Shown: in pieces, positions 40,311-52,300 of the stretch
Numbering within the stretch: position 1 is the first letter of the stretch
How the letters are laid out: each line of letters begins with the position of its first letter
NCBI GenBank assembly: GCA_963702845.1
Contig: OY969763.1
Location: 1,536,001-1,600,000 of the forward strand
Length of the DNA: 64,000 nucleotides
Direction: 5' to 3'
Source of the DNA: an uncultured Verrucomicrobiae bacterium
GTDB taxonomy: Bacteria; Verrucomicrobiota; Verrucomicrobiia; Limisphaerales; Palsa-1400
Notes under the pieces: generated by a model
The model's database searches: none
Told to the model about the DNA's origin: nothing
What the model saw: only the letters and a program-made list of their open reading frames with translations
Translations under genes and position numbers: made by a program

Positions 40311-40514
40311 GTGAGATTCGAAGTCACCGTCCAGGCTGATAGCAGCGGCGGTTACACCGCCAGTTGCGAAGACCCGCAATGCATCGGCCACGGTCTCTCT
40401 CCCTCCAACGCCCTTGATCAAATTCGCGAAGAAATCCGCTACCGGATGGAGCTTTGTCCGTGTACCACAGTGAACGATCAGTTCGTGGAGTTGGACGTCA
40501 TTTCCGCGTTGTAA
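40311..40514 (+). CDS. Small HicB-like-fold protein with four Cys
   Basis: FEVTVQADSSGGYTASC...GHG.SPSNALDQIREEI...ELCPC. Confidence 0.6.
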   Translation: MRFEVTVQADSSGGYTASCEDPQCIGHGLSPSNALDQIREEIRYRMELCPCTTVNDQFVELDVISAL

Positions 40515-40704
40515 CCACAAGCCGCTCAGGTTTGTGAGGTCTGGCCTCACAGCAAGTAAGATGTGTTACCTTCGTGTATCCGCTTGACTCCCACACCGTC
40601 CCTAAGTCATAACAAGCGGAAATCCTGATTGACCCTTGAGCCAGAGTACCGTCTTCGCTAAAAATGGCTTCGGCTCACCGTTCACAACAGAGTCCAGAAA
40701 AACC

Positions 40705-43700
40705 ATGCTTATGACTAAACCAAATTCCATCCGATTCCGTATTGCTCTCGGTGTGTTCTCTCTGCTATTTGCGCTTGTTGGGGAACGTGCGAAAGCCGCG
40801 AATCAATTTTGGGATCCGAGTGGTGTTTCTGTTCCCAACACATCGACTAATACCTGGGAAACCACGAAGTGGACTTCTTCGGCAACGCCCACCGCAAGCA
40901 CAGTGGCCTGGGTTGAAGGTAATCCGGCGATGTTTGCAGTTGGTGCGACGACGGTCACCAATGGAAACTACACTGTCATCGCCAACGCGAACCACACCGT
41001 CGCCGGCATCTTCAATGGAGACGTTTCCGATGCGACAAGTTCTAACTTGCAAATCAAGGGCACCGGCAGCCTTACGATTGCATCCGGTGCTCAAGGTTTT
41101 GATACCCAAACCGGTGGCAACACTACAATCCGCAATGTAGTCACCGGCCCCGGCGCGGTGCAGACGCAAGGCGGGGGCAGCTTGTTTTTGTGGGGAACGA
41201 ATACCTTCACTGGCGGTGTTCAACTCAACACCACCAGCGGTTTGAATTGGAACAATAGCAGCGCGCTAGGAATCGGTCTGATCACGAACATGAAAACGTC
41301 GGTAATTTGGGCCAATCCACCGAACGACGGTGGTCCCGGTGCCACGGACTACGCCACGACGCCGCTTACGATGGTAAATGAAGTTTGGCCGTACGGCGCC
41401 GCAAGTTCGACGATCATTTGGGTTGGTACTTCGCTTCAGCCAATCGACTGGACCGGTGATTGGCACTTAACGAGTGGTGCGGGAACTACGCTCACGTTGG
41501 ATACCCGGTCAGCGACGATGACTATTTCTGGCGTGATCAGTGGTGCCGCGAACATCCTCAAAAAGACCACCACAGGGACATTGGTGCTTTCCGGAGCCAA
41601 TACTTATTCAGGTTCGACGACGATTGTGGGGCCTGTGAAAGTGTTTTCCTTCAATAAAGTAAGCGGCGGAACTGCTTCGAGCAGTTTGGGACACCCTACA
41701 ACCGTGGCAAACGGGACGATTTCGATCACGACTAATACTTCCTTGATCTACGCGGGCACGGGTGAAACGACGGATCGCATAATTGATCTCGGCAGCACGA
41801 CGGGAGGTCCCACAATTCAAGCCGACGGCACGGGAACCGCCACCGGCCCACTCGTTTTCACCTCGGCGATTACGGTAACCGGCGCGGGTGCCAAGACGTT
41901 AACGCTGCAGGGCACAAACACAGCCCAAAATTCAATCGCGAAAATCATCGATAGCACCGGCGGCGCGACTACCGTCACCAAAGCTCAGGCAGGGACGTGG
42001 ACGCTTACTGGCGCAAACACGCATACTGGGGGTACGACGCTGAGCGGTGGCGTGCTCGATATTGGAAATGCGAGCGCGCTGGGAACTGGCACTTTCAGTA
42101 TCACCGGTACAAGTTCGTACGATAATACTACTGGGTCAGATTTAACCGTGGCTAATAATTTGAGCCTTGGCGGTACTGGTACGTATGTTGGCAGCGCCAA
42201 CAACATGACCGTCAACGGCACCACGACCTTGACCGCAGCCCGGACAGTGACTGTGTCGGCCAAAACTTTAACGCTCGGTGTCGTTGCCGGCGCCGGGTTT
42301 ACGCTGACGAAAAGTGGCAATGGCACGTTGGCCCTGAAATCGGCCAACACTCATGGTGGCACGACAATTACCGCTGGTACATCTGATTGTCAGCAACGCA
42401 GCGGCTCTCGGAACAAATACCTTTACCTGGAGCGGCGCGTCTTTTGACAACCTGACTGCCGGCGATCTCACCGTGACAAACGCTGTCACGTTCGGTGGTA
42501 ATCCCACATACGTTGGCAGTGCTCATAACCTGACGTTGAGCGGAACGGTGACGTTGAATGCTGCGCGAACGCTCACAGTTTCCTCTGGCACCGTAACGAT
42601 CAACACCGTTGCGCAGGATGCGACCACGGCACGTAATTTCATCAAATCGGGCAACGGCACGGTCGTCATTACCAACGCTTGCATGTATACCGGCACAACG
42701 ACAGTGAACGCGGGCGGCGCTTTTAAATTGTCCAATGTGGCAACTTTGATGGGTGGACTCTGCACCAACACGGTGACTGCGAACGGCACATTTGATTATA
42801 GCAGCAGCTTGGCACAAACACTCGCAGCAGTGGTCGCGGGGACAAATTCAATCGTCCAAAACGGCCCCGGAGAACTCACCTTCGCTGGCACGAGCAATAC
42901 ATTCAGCGGGACGATTACGGTGAACGCCGGCGCAGTCGGTGTCGGCGCGTTGAATGCGTTACCAACGAATTCAACGGTCAATCTTAGCGGCGGCACGTTG
43001 GATATGGCGAACGATGCAACTGTCAAAGTTTTGAAACTCGCCGGTGTCATTAAGGCAGCTGGAACTTACGGTTCCTCCACTTCTGGTGCCGTACATCAAA
43101 GCGCTGATTTCACAGGCTCTGGAATCTTGACGGTCACCGGCGGCGGTCTATCCACAACTACGGTTTCCTCCGACATCAATCCTTCGATTTCCGGCCAGTT
43201 GGTAACATTCACCGTGACCGTAACTGGCACAGGTGACGGCAGTGTACCTGGCGGCTCGGTCACGTTGTTTGACAACAGTGTCTCGGCTGGAACGTTTGCT
43301 CTAACTCCGACAACTGGAAGCAGTGCAGCAGCTACCTACCAGACCAGTGGACTGTCTCTTGGTGCTCACCCGATGACTGCGACCTGGGCTGGCAACACCA
43401 GCTACAGCAGCGGCACCTCAAGCACCTATACGCACAATGTGGTTCAGCCGCCGGTAATCACCAGCCCTGTGGCAGCCTCAACTGTCACTGCCGATGCCGG
43501 CACCAATCTTGTTCTTGCTGTAACTCTCCAGGACCCAGCAGGCATCACGTTTCAATGGAAAAAAGGTGGTGTGAATCTTAGTAACGGCCCGTTTAACAAT
43601 GCCGGGACGGTGATCGGTTCAACCTCGGCAGCGCTGACTTTGGCCGGCGTAAAAGCTGCCGATGCGAGCCCTGGTGATTATACTTGCTTCGTCACAAACG

Positions 43701-46700
43701 CTGCCGGAACTGCGACGAGTCCGACTATCACCCTCGTGGTCAATGACCCGGCGATTTCGGTGCAGCCTACTAACACGGCGATCGAATGCGGTGCGAATGG
43801 TTGCTTGAGCGTGACTGCGGCTGGAACGACCAATGCCAATGGTTTGTTGCTCTATCAGTGGTTTACTCCAAACGCCTCTGGTACCGCTATTATTGACGCA
43901 ACAAACTCCACCTTGTGCTTCACCAACGTTCATGCGAATCAAGGTTCCTACGCTGTGGTCGTCAGCAACGCCTTTGGAAACTCCATCACCAGTCAGGTGG
44001 CTGTCGTGACCGTGCAAGATACAACTGGCCCTGTCATTACGATCAATGGCGCGGCTTCCGTCACGGTGGAATGCCACGGTTCTTTCTCCGACCCCGGTGC
44101 CACCGCGACCGATGCTTGCCAGGGAGTCAGCGCTATTTCTTCCGCCACGGGCGGCAGCGTGAACTTGAATGTCGTTGGCGATTATACTCTCAGCTACACC
44201 GCCAGCGATTCCTTCAGCAATCCCGGCAACGTTGTTACTCGCGTCGTCCATGTTCACGATACGACCGTGCCAACGGTTACTCTCACTGGCGCGCCTAGCG
44301 TCAATGTCGAATGTCATACAGCCTTCAGCGATCCTGGCGCGACTGCCACTGACGTTTGCGATGCCAGTCCGGGTGTAGCTACCTCTGGCAGTGTTGACGT
44401 AAACACCCTCGGCACTTATACCGTTACTTACACCGCGACTGACGCTTCCGGCAACCATAGCGCGACCACCCGTCAGGTCGTCGTGGTAGACACAACAGTG
44501 CCAGTTGTCACGCTTACCGGTGCCGCATCCGTAACCGTGGAATGCCATGGCAGTTTCAGTGACCCCGGCGCGTCGGCCAGCGACACGTGCGCGGGCAGTT
44601 TGAGCGTATCGACCTCCGGCACTGTAGACCTCAATGCTCTTGGCACCTACACGCGCACTTTCACAGCAACCGATCCCTCGAATAACTCCGGCACAGCTAC
44701 CCGAGTGGTTCACGTCACCGACTCAACCGGTCCTAGCCTCGTTGGCGTCCCAGCCGATACCACGGCCGAATGCAGTTCAATTCCTTCCGCTGCCAGCGTG
44801 ACCGCCACCGACACGTGCGATTCAAATCCGGGCGTCGGCGTCGCGGACACCACCATCGCCGGAGCATGCGCGCAAAGTTACACGCTCGTGCGCACCTGGA
44901 CTGCGACCGACGCCAGCGGTAACACTGCAACCGCAGCCCAGCACATCACCGTACAAGACACCACCGCGCCCGTCATCACATTGACCGGCGGCGCATCAAT
45001 TACCTCTGAGTGCCATATCGCCTTCGCCGATCCCGGTGCGAGCGCCAATGATGCATGTGCGGGCTCTGTCGGCGTCTCTTCGAGCGGATCAGTCAACGCG
45101 AATGCGACTGGCGATTATACCCTGACCTATTCCGCAACCGATCCTTGCGGCAACACAGGTTCGACCACGCGCGTGGTGCACGTTGTTGACACGATCCCGC
45201 CGGTCGTGACAGTAACAGGTCCAAATCCTGACACTGTCTGTGGGACGGCTATCTACAACGATCCCGGCGCGACCGCCGCTGATGCCTGCACGGGTTCGGT
45301 GACCCCTAGCACCTCTGGCTCGGTCGATACGAGCACGGTTGGAAGTTACACATTGACCTACATCGCAACTGACTCGAGCGCCAACAGTTCATCTGCGACG
45401 CGCGTTGTCACTGTCGTTTCCTGTGCGGGGGCGATCACAACCCAGCCGCAATCGCAAACAATCCCTGCCAGTGGCACGCTTAACCTGAGCGTCGTCGCAA
45501 CCGGTGTTGGCATTACTTACCAATGGAACTTTAATGGCACCCCGATTCTGAATGCGACGAACTCGACATTCACCAGGACAAACATGACTCCAGCCGACGC
45601 CGGTCCTTACAATGTTGACGTCACAACGAGCGTGACCGTCTCCAGCGACACGGCGACCATTACAGTGGTTGATCCAGGAATCAGCGTCCAGCCAGTCAAC
45701 GTGATCGCCACCACCAAGAGCAACATTACCTTCAGCATTACTGCTGGCGGCACTGGCCCGTTGAAGTATCAGTGGTATTTCATCAAACACGGGACGACGA
45801 CGGTCAAGAAGTTGGCCCACAGCGCCGTTTACCCGGCCGTAACCAACGCCACCCTCTCGGTCGTGAAGGTCAGTGGTACAGCTGATGCGGGCAGTTACTA
45901 CTGCCTCGTGACCAACAGCATTGGCAGCGTGACCAGCACCAGCGCGACTTTGACGGTCTACGACGCGCCTTTGGTGAAGATCGCTCCGCCGAGCAAGACC
46001 TTGCTGGCTGGTTTCAACTACACCATGGTTGCCAAAGTGACCAAGGGCGCGGTTGGTCAGACCCTGAGCTATCAATGGAAAAAGGGCGGCACTGCCATCG
46101 GTGGTGCAACCACCTCGACCTACTCGCTGGTGGATGTTCAGACTCCCGACACAGCGGTCTACTCCTGCGTGGTGAGCAACAACTCGCCGACAGGTGGCAC
46201 AGCCAGTCTCTCCCTGACGGTCACTCAAGACACTGAAGTTCCCAAAGTGGTGCTCTTGTTGAAGCCAACGGACATGGCAGCCAAACACGCGTTGACCACT
46301 AATGACGTTCCAGTTGATCCGACCGGAACCAATCACGCGCCTGATGTCGACTTCCTCGGCAAGGCAGTGGATAAAGGTTTGATCGTGTCAGCCTGGGTCA
46401 GCAACGCCGTCAATCAGGCGGTGTTCCCGGCGACATTCGTGAAGAAGGTGACCGACCTGACGGCAACGAACACCGCAGCCGGCAAGCCGGCATTCTTCCT
46501 CTCGCACGTGAGCATGGTAGATGGAACCAACATCTTCTGGGGCCTGGCGACGGACTCGGACGGCAACACGAGCACGACCACGAAGGGCACGCACATGTTC
46601 TTCATTGCCAATCCACAAGCGCTGACCCTGGCGACCAGCGGGACTGGCCGGATCACCTCGGTGACCGATGCGACCTCGAAGAACTGGGGCAACCCGACCA

Positions 46701-46888
46701 ACACAGCGGTGCTGGCGGTGGGCCACAATTACACAATAAAGGCCACGCCAATCGGCAGAGGCATAACCTTCCAGAAATGGACCGTGTCAGACAGCACTGG
46801 CCCATTGGCTGATCAACTGGCCAATCCATTGACCTTCACCATGTCGCTTGGACGGACCAATACGGCTGTGTTCTCAAACCACCCGTAA
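40705..46888 (+). CDS. Giant secreted protein: autotransporter-associated beta-strand repeats, Big_3, Ig and DUF5011-like repeats, InlB-B-like C-terminal domain; 1-nt frameshift near 42380
   Basis: Signal peptide; GTLVLSGANTYSGSTTI repeats; ORFs 40636-42447 and 42353-46888 join at ...ITAGT/LIVSN; VECH..FSDPGATATD.C repeats. Confidence 0.85.
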
Positions 46889-46936
46889 TTAGAAATTGAT
46901 TCACAAGGCGTCCCGCAAAAACGGGACGCCTTTTTT
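45980..46936 (+). repeat. ~0.96 kb near-identical to 53759..54718 (shared C-terminal module plus terminator)
   Basis: Both encode IAPPSKTLLAGFNYTMVAKVTKGAVGQTLSYQWKK...NTAVFSNHP* and share GAAATTGATTCACAAGGCGTCC downstream. Confidence 0.9.
46905..46936 (+). terminator. Rho-independent terminator
   Basis: AAGGCGTCCCG-CAAAAA-CGGGACGCCTTTTTT. Confidence 0.9.
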
Positions 46937-47050
46937 GTTCCCGCCTTTACAAAGTAGAACAGGGTGGAGCTTTCGAACGGGTCAACAAACCAACGAACCG
47001 CGTGCTAATGTTTTGACCATTATTGCGGACCTTTCTATCCTACAGTCTCC

Positions 47051-49219
47051 ATGAGTGTGCCCGCATTCGAGTCCAAGGCCCCAGCTGACTTGCGTCTTTG
47101 TCGCAAAGATTTGCTCGCCTGCTTTGGGCTGGTCCTGGCAGTGGCGGCGGTGTTTGGCGGTTTATACCACGCTGACTTTATCAACCTCGACGACTTCGAT
47201 TACGTAAAATACAACGTGCATCTCGCACAAGGATTCACGTGGGCCAACCTGAAGTGGGCATTCACTCCGGGCTATGCAAGCAACTGGCATCCGTTGACAT
47301 GGATGTTGCACATATTGGATTATAAATTGTTCGGGCTCAACCCGGCAGGGCATCACTTGATGAATGTCGGTTTTCATGCGGCCAATGCGGTGGTGCTCTT
47401 TCTGTTGTTGCGCTCGCTGACGAGACGATTTTGGGAATGCCTATTGGTCGCGGCGCTTTTTGCGATTCACCCGCTGCGAGTTGAATCGGTCGCGTGGGTC
47501 GCCGAGCGTAAAGACGTTTTAAGCACGCTTTTGATTCTGCTGTGCATCGCCAGTTATGCGCGATATGCGCGTGCGAGAAGTTCGGAGCCGGGGCAGGGAA
47601 CAGGTAGTTACGCACTGTCGCTTGTGTTTTTTGCGTTGGCTCTGATGGCAAAGCCAATGGCGGTCACCGTACCTTTTTTATTGCTGTTGTTGGATTTTTG
47701 GCCGCTGAGCAGATGGTCAGCAAGCCAGGAGCAGGGTGGGCTTTTCAAGCAGCCCTTGCGATTGGTTGTCGAGAAAGCACCGTTTTTTGTTTTAACAGTC
47801 ATCGCATGCGCACTGACTCTCAAAGCCCAAACGCACGCGATGATTTCATTGGATGTGGAACCACTTTCCGCGAGGTTCGGAAATGCCATCATCGCATACG
47901 TCACTTACATCCGAAAAGCCATTTGGCCAACCGATCTTGCAGTCATCTACCCGCTGGCCTGGCCCGATGTCCGGATCGTGGTTGTTTCAGCGTTGACGCT
48001 GTTGGCCATTTCGATTGCGGCATTGTGTCAGTGGCGGAGACGTCCCTGGATGCTGGTTGGCTGGTTGTGGTTCGTGGGAATGTTGGTTCCGACAATCGGC
48101 ATTGTTCAGGTGGGCAATCAAAGGCTTGCGGACAGGTACACTTATTTACCAATTGTCGGGCTTCTGGTAGCGGTTGTGTTTTGGTTGAGCGACCTCCTCC
48201 CGACTAAGTTATTGCGCCGTTATGCGTGGTCGGCTGGATTAATCGTTGCGACGTGCTTTGCGTATTGTTCGCATGATGTTTGTCGCTACTGGCGAAATTC
48301 GCTGACGCTGTTTGATTACGGATTAACGCAAACCAGCCCGAATTGGGCGTTATATTATGGCTTGGGAGGCATTATAGATAATCTTCAGATTCCCAATATG
48401 TCGGCGCAAGCGGAGCGGTGTTTCAAGCGTGCGTTGGCATTGGATGCTCAGAATCCCGAACTGTGCCGCAATTACGGCAACTTCTTTGCCCGGCGTGGCA
48501 AATATGCGGAAGCCCTGATCTACTATGACAAAGCGCTCGCCATCCGACCCGACGATGCACCCTCGCTCTTACAGAAAGGAAATGTGCTTGCGATTCTCGG
48601 TCGTTGGCAAGATGCGGAAGACGTTTTTCTCGAAGTGCTCGCATCTGACCCTGGCAATGTCATTGCTGAAGTGAATGTGGCTGGTCTTTACGCGATCGAA
48701 CGGCAATTCGACAAAGCCGTGCCTCGTTACGAACACGTTTTGCAACTATTGCCAACATATGCCGACGCGCAGCATTTTTTCGGTGTCACCCTCGCGCAGA
48801 TGGGTAGAATGGGGGAAGCTGTGGTTCATTTCCGATTGGCGATCAAATATTCGGCCATTTCTGACCCTGCGGTTTTGAATGACCTCGCCTGGTTGCTGGC
48901 TGCGGTGCAGACGCCATCCGTTCACAATCCTGCCGAGGCCATACAAATTGCAGAACAAGCGTGCAAACTCACTGACTATTCCGATATCGCCATGCTGGAC
49001 ACGCTTGCGGTTTCTTATGCTGAAGCCGGCAGGTTTGCCGATGCGAGCAGTATGGCAGATAAGACGATTGCCATCGCCCGAACGAAAGATCGGCCGGAGT
49101 TACTAACCGAAATGGAACGAAGGAAAAAGTTGTATCTAAGTCAGACGTCATATCGGCCTGCCTCACTTACGGAGGATCGGCCTGTCAAATCCATGATGGA
49201 CCTCACTCCGCGCCAGTAA
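47051..49219 (+). CDS. TMTC-like GT-C membrane glycosyltransferase fused to TPR repeats
   Basis: DFINLDDFDYV, NWHPLTW, FAIHPLRVESVAWVAERKDVL, ADRYTYLP, about 11 TM segments, C-terminal TPRs. Confidence 0.85.
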   Translation: MSVPAFESKAPADLRLCRKDLLACFGLVLAVAAVFGGLYHADFINLDDFDYVKYNVHLAQGFTWANLKWAFTPGYASNWHPLTWMLHILDYKLFGLNPAGHHLMNVGFHAANAVVLFLLLRSLTRRFWECLLVAALFAIHPLRVESVAWVAERKDVLSTLLILLCIASYARYARARSSEPGQGTGSYALSLVFFALALMAKPMAVTVPFLLLLLDFWPLSRWSASQEQGGLFKQPLRLVVEKAPFFVLTVIACALTLKAQTHAMISLDVEPLSARFGNAIIAYVTYIRKAIWPTDLAVIYPLAWPDVRIVVVSALTLLAISIAALCQWRRRPWMLVGWLWFVGMLVPTIGIVQVGNQRLADRYTYLPIVGLLVAVVFWLSDLLPTKLLRRYAWSAGLIVATCFAYCSHDVCRYWRNSLTLFDYGLTQTSPNWALYYGLGGIIDNLQIPNMSAQAERCFKRALALDAQNPELCRNYGNFFARRGKYAEALIYYDKALAIRPDDAPSLLQKGNVLAILGRWQDAEDVFLEVLASDPGNVIAEVNVAGLYAIERQFDKAVPRYEHVLQLLPTYADAQHFFGVTLAQMGRMGEAVVHFRLAIKYSAISDPAVLNDLAWLLAAVQTPSVHNPAEAIQIAEQACKLTDYSDIAMLDTLAVSYAEAGRFADASSMADKTIAIARTKDRPELLTEMERRKKLYLSQTSYRPASLTEDRPVKSMMDLTPRQ

Positions 49220-49342
49220 GTTTTTCTAGGGGGCTCGCAGTTATCGGGGATTCACCGATGAATATGTCGCATTTCTATTGACGTACCATCCTTACTTTTA
49301 TAGTGTCGCCTCAGCCCAGACCCAAACAGCATTCGTTGCCCA

Positions 49343-52300
49343 ATGTATCAGTCCGTAAACACGCCCAGTTCCCTTATGAAAACAAAAGCCCTATATCCAA
49401 TCATCGCGGGGTTCATGCTCGCCAGCATGAACTCTCTATTAGCCTTTCCTAGCTTCGATCCGATGTCAGATGCAAGTTATACCGCCGGAAGCAGTGTGGC
49501 CGGAAAAACCGACCAGGGCGGCGATACCTGGATTGGAGTGGCGACCACCACAACAGCGGGTAGCGCTCCGAAGCTCGAAAGTTTTACGTTTGCTCCCGTT
49601 ACAGGTTTGCCCGCACCCACGGGGACGGTTGCGGCGCACGTTACTAAGCCATCTGCCGCCGCTGGTGGCCCTGGTATCCGCATGGATATTTCCGCGGGCG
49701 GAATCACCACTGGCACCGTTTATGCCTCAATGTTTTTGAAGTGTACTAACATCGCCAACTTGGCATCGAGCACTACCGCCGTCACCGGTGGTGGTATTTT
49801 CTGCGCGGCACTGACAGCCGACAGCGGCACCACCACCGGACAGCCCGCCCAAACTGCGGCGCGCCTGGTGTTTCGAAAATCCGCCAATTACAGTACTGCA
49901 ATTCCTGTTTACAATATTGGCGTCGCCAAGAATCGCGGCACTAACGCTGCAAGTGGTAATCCGGCTGCCGTCTACAGCAGCGCCGATTTTGGGACCAATG
50001 ACCTGCTGTTTGTAGTTTTGGCGTACACATTCAACAGTCCCGCAACGAACGACGACGTCGTTAAACTTTGGATTAACCCAAGCTCCTCTAGTTTTGGCCA
50101 GGCTACCGAGCCGGCGACCGCCATCCAGGCAGGAACAGCTGCAGTTTGCACCGCGGCTAACCAGCCCAGCTCTGGCGCAGTTGCCGCAGGCGTTTTGGAC
50201 GATGCGGATGCCGCCAAGGTCGGGAGTTTCACCGTGTGGGCCCGCAGCACAACCCAACCTGACGATATGTTGATTGATGAAGTTCGTCTCGGGACGACTT
50301 GGGCCTTCGTTACCGGAGCCCCGGAAATATCAACACAACCTGCGGCTACGGCTACGGCTGGCGCTGGAGATAATTTAACGAACAGTGTTGTGGCACGTTC
50401 CGGCAGCACCGCCACTGGGTCAGAGTTGACATATCAGTGGTTCAAGGGCGCAACGCTGTTGAGCAACGGCAGCAGTGGCAACGGTTCGACTTATTCCGGC
50501 GCAACTACAGCGAGTTTGACGATTTCCACCGCGGCGACCACCGACAGCGACACTTATAAATGCGTTGTCGCCAACACAATGGGTAGCGTAACCAGTAGCA
50601 GTAGTGTTGTCACGGTTACCGGAGCTGATCCGGTGATCACAACCCAGCCTCCGGCAGCCACCGCTCTTACGGTCAATGGCACATTGAATCTGAGTGTTGT
50701 CGCGTCGACTTCCAATGGCCCTCTGACCTACAAATGGCAGAAAGACGGTGCCAATGTGGTCACTGACGGAACTCGCATTTTCGGGAGCACGACGTCTTCG
50801 CTGACCATCAATAATCTGACTGCGGCGGACGCTGGTAACTACCTCTGCAGCGTCACGAATGCGTTGACCGCCGGCACGAATAGCACTACGTGCGTGGTTA
50901 CTGTTTCTGATCCGATCATTACAACCCAGCCGTCGAATGTAACAACCAACTACGGCACGACTGCCACGTTCCACGTCGTTGGCTCAGGCTCCGGTACCTT
51001 GACCTATCAATGGCGTAAAGCGGGCGTGAATCTCAGCAACGGAGCATCCGGAAGCGGCTCCACCTATGGGAACTCGCAAACCGACACCCTCACCATCGCC
51101 AACGTTTCTTTCGCCGACCAATCCGCGAGTTATACAGTTGTCGTGACAGGCGCAGGAACGGCGACGAGCAATAATAAAAGTTTGATTGTCAAAGACCCCA
51201 TTATCAACACCCCGCCAGCTGACGCGTCTGCCACGGTTGGAGGTTCCGCCAACTTCTCTGTTGTTGCAGTTGGTTCTGGACCGATCACTTACCAATGGTT
51301 GCACATTACTGCGACGACCACCAACAACGTTGGCGCCGGAGCAGCCACTTTGACTCTGGCCAGTATTACCGCTGCCGATGCTGGCAGTTACCGTTGTAAT
51401 GTCTCTGGGGCCGATGGAGCAATTTATCCCAGCGCGAATGCGGTTTTGACGGTGTTGACCCCCGTATCAATTAGTGAAGGTCCCGCAAGCCGCGAACTGA
51501 AAGTCGGTGACCATGCCGCTTTCACAGTTGTTGCCGCCGGCACACCGCCTTTCTCCTATGGTTGGAGCAAGGACGGCAGCCCGATTTCAGGAGCAACAGA
51601 TTCGATCCTGGCGTTTAGCAGCTTGGCAACCGGCGACGCCGGTAGTTATACCGTCAGTGTCACCAATCTTTCCGGGACGGCTAGTGCCAGCGCTTCGGCG
51701 GTATTGGCTGTCCGTGCAGGTTTGCACCACCTGAGCACGACGAACCTCGTCGTGACACGCGTCGGCGATGGTGCCGAACCTTTAATCGTGACCAATGGCA
51801 ATACAATCTATATCGACCAATACGGAACGAATGGCACTTACGTCAGCTCAATGATGATTCCGGATACTGGCAGTGGCGCATTGGTCGTCGCTGGACAGGA
51901 CAACACCGGTGGCGCACTCGGTCTCGGCGAGGCCTGTTTGTCTCCGTCTCCCGATGGAACGGTGCTAACGTTGTCCGGGTACAACGTGGCTCGCCCCTAC
52001 AATTCTTTATCTTCTATTTCAACCGACAACGCCTCCGTCGCTCCGCGTGGCGTGGGGTTGATAACTGGCTCCGGCAATTACCAACTCGGCATGCGCGTAA
52101 CGAATAGCCTGATTACCGGCGGTTACCGCGCCGTTTTGACTGATAATACCCAAACCAACTTCTGGCTCGTTGGCGGCAACATGGGGGTCCGCTATTTCAA
52201 TACGGGCAGCACTGGCGCTGGAGTAGTTATTGCCACAGGTGGGACCGGTGGTAACAACCGTTTCATCGGTACATTCAACGGTGATATCTTCATGGCCTCC

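Noticed and set aside
49278..49304. TTGACG...TATAGT promoter
   Set aside because: The spacer is only 15 nt; plausible but not supportable.
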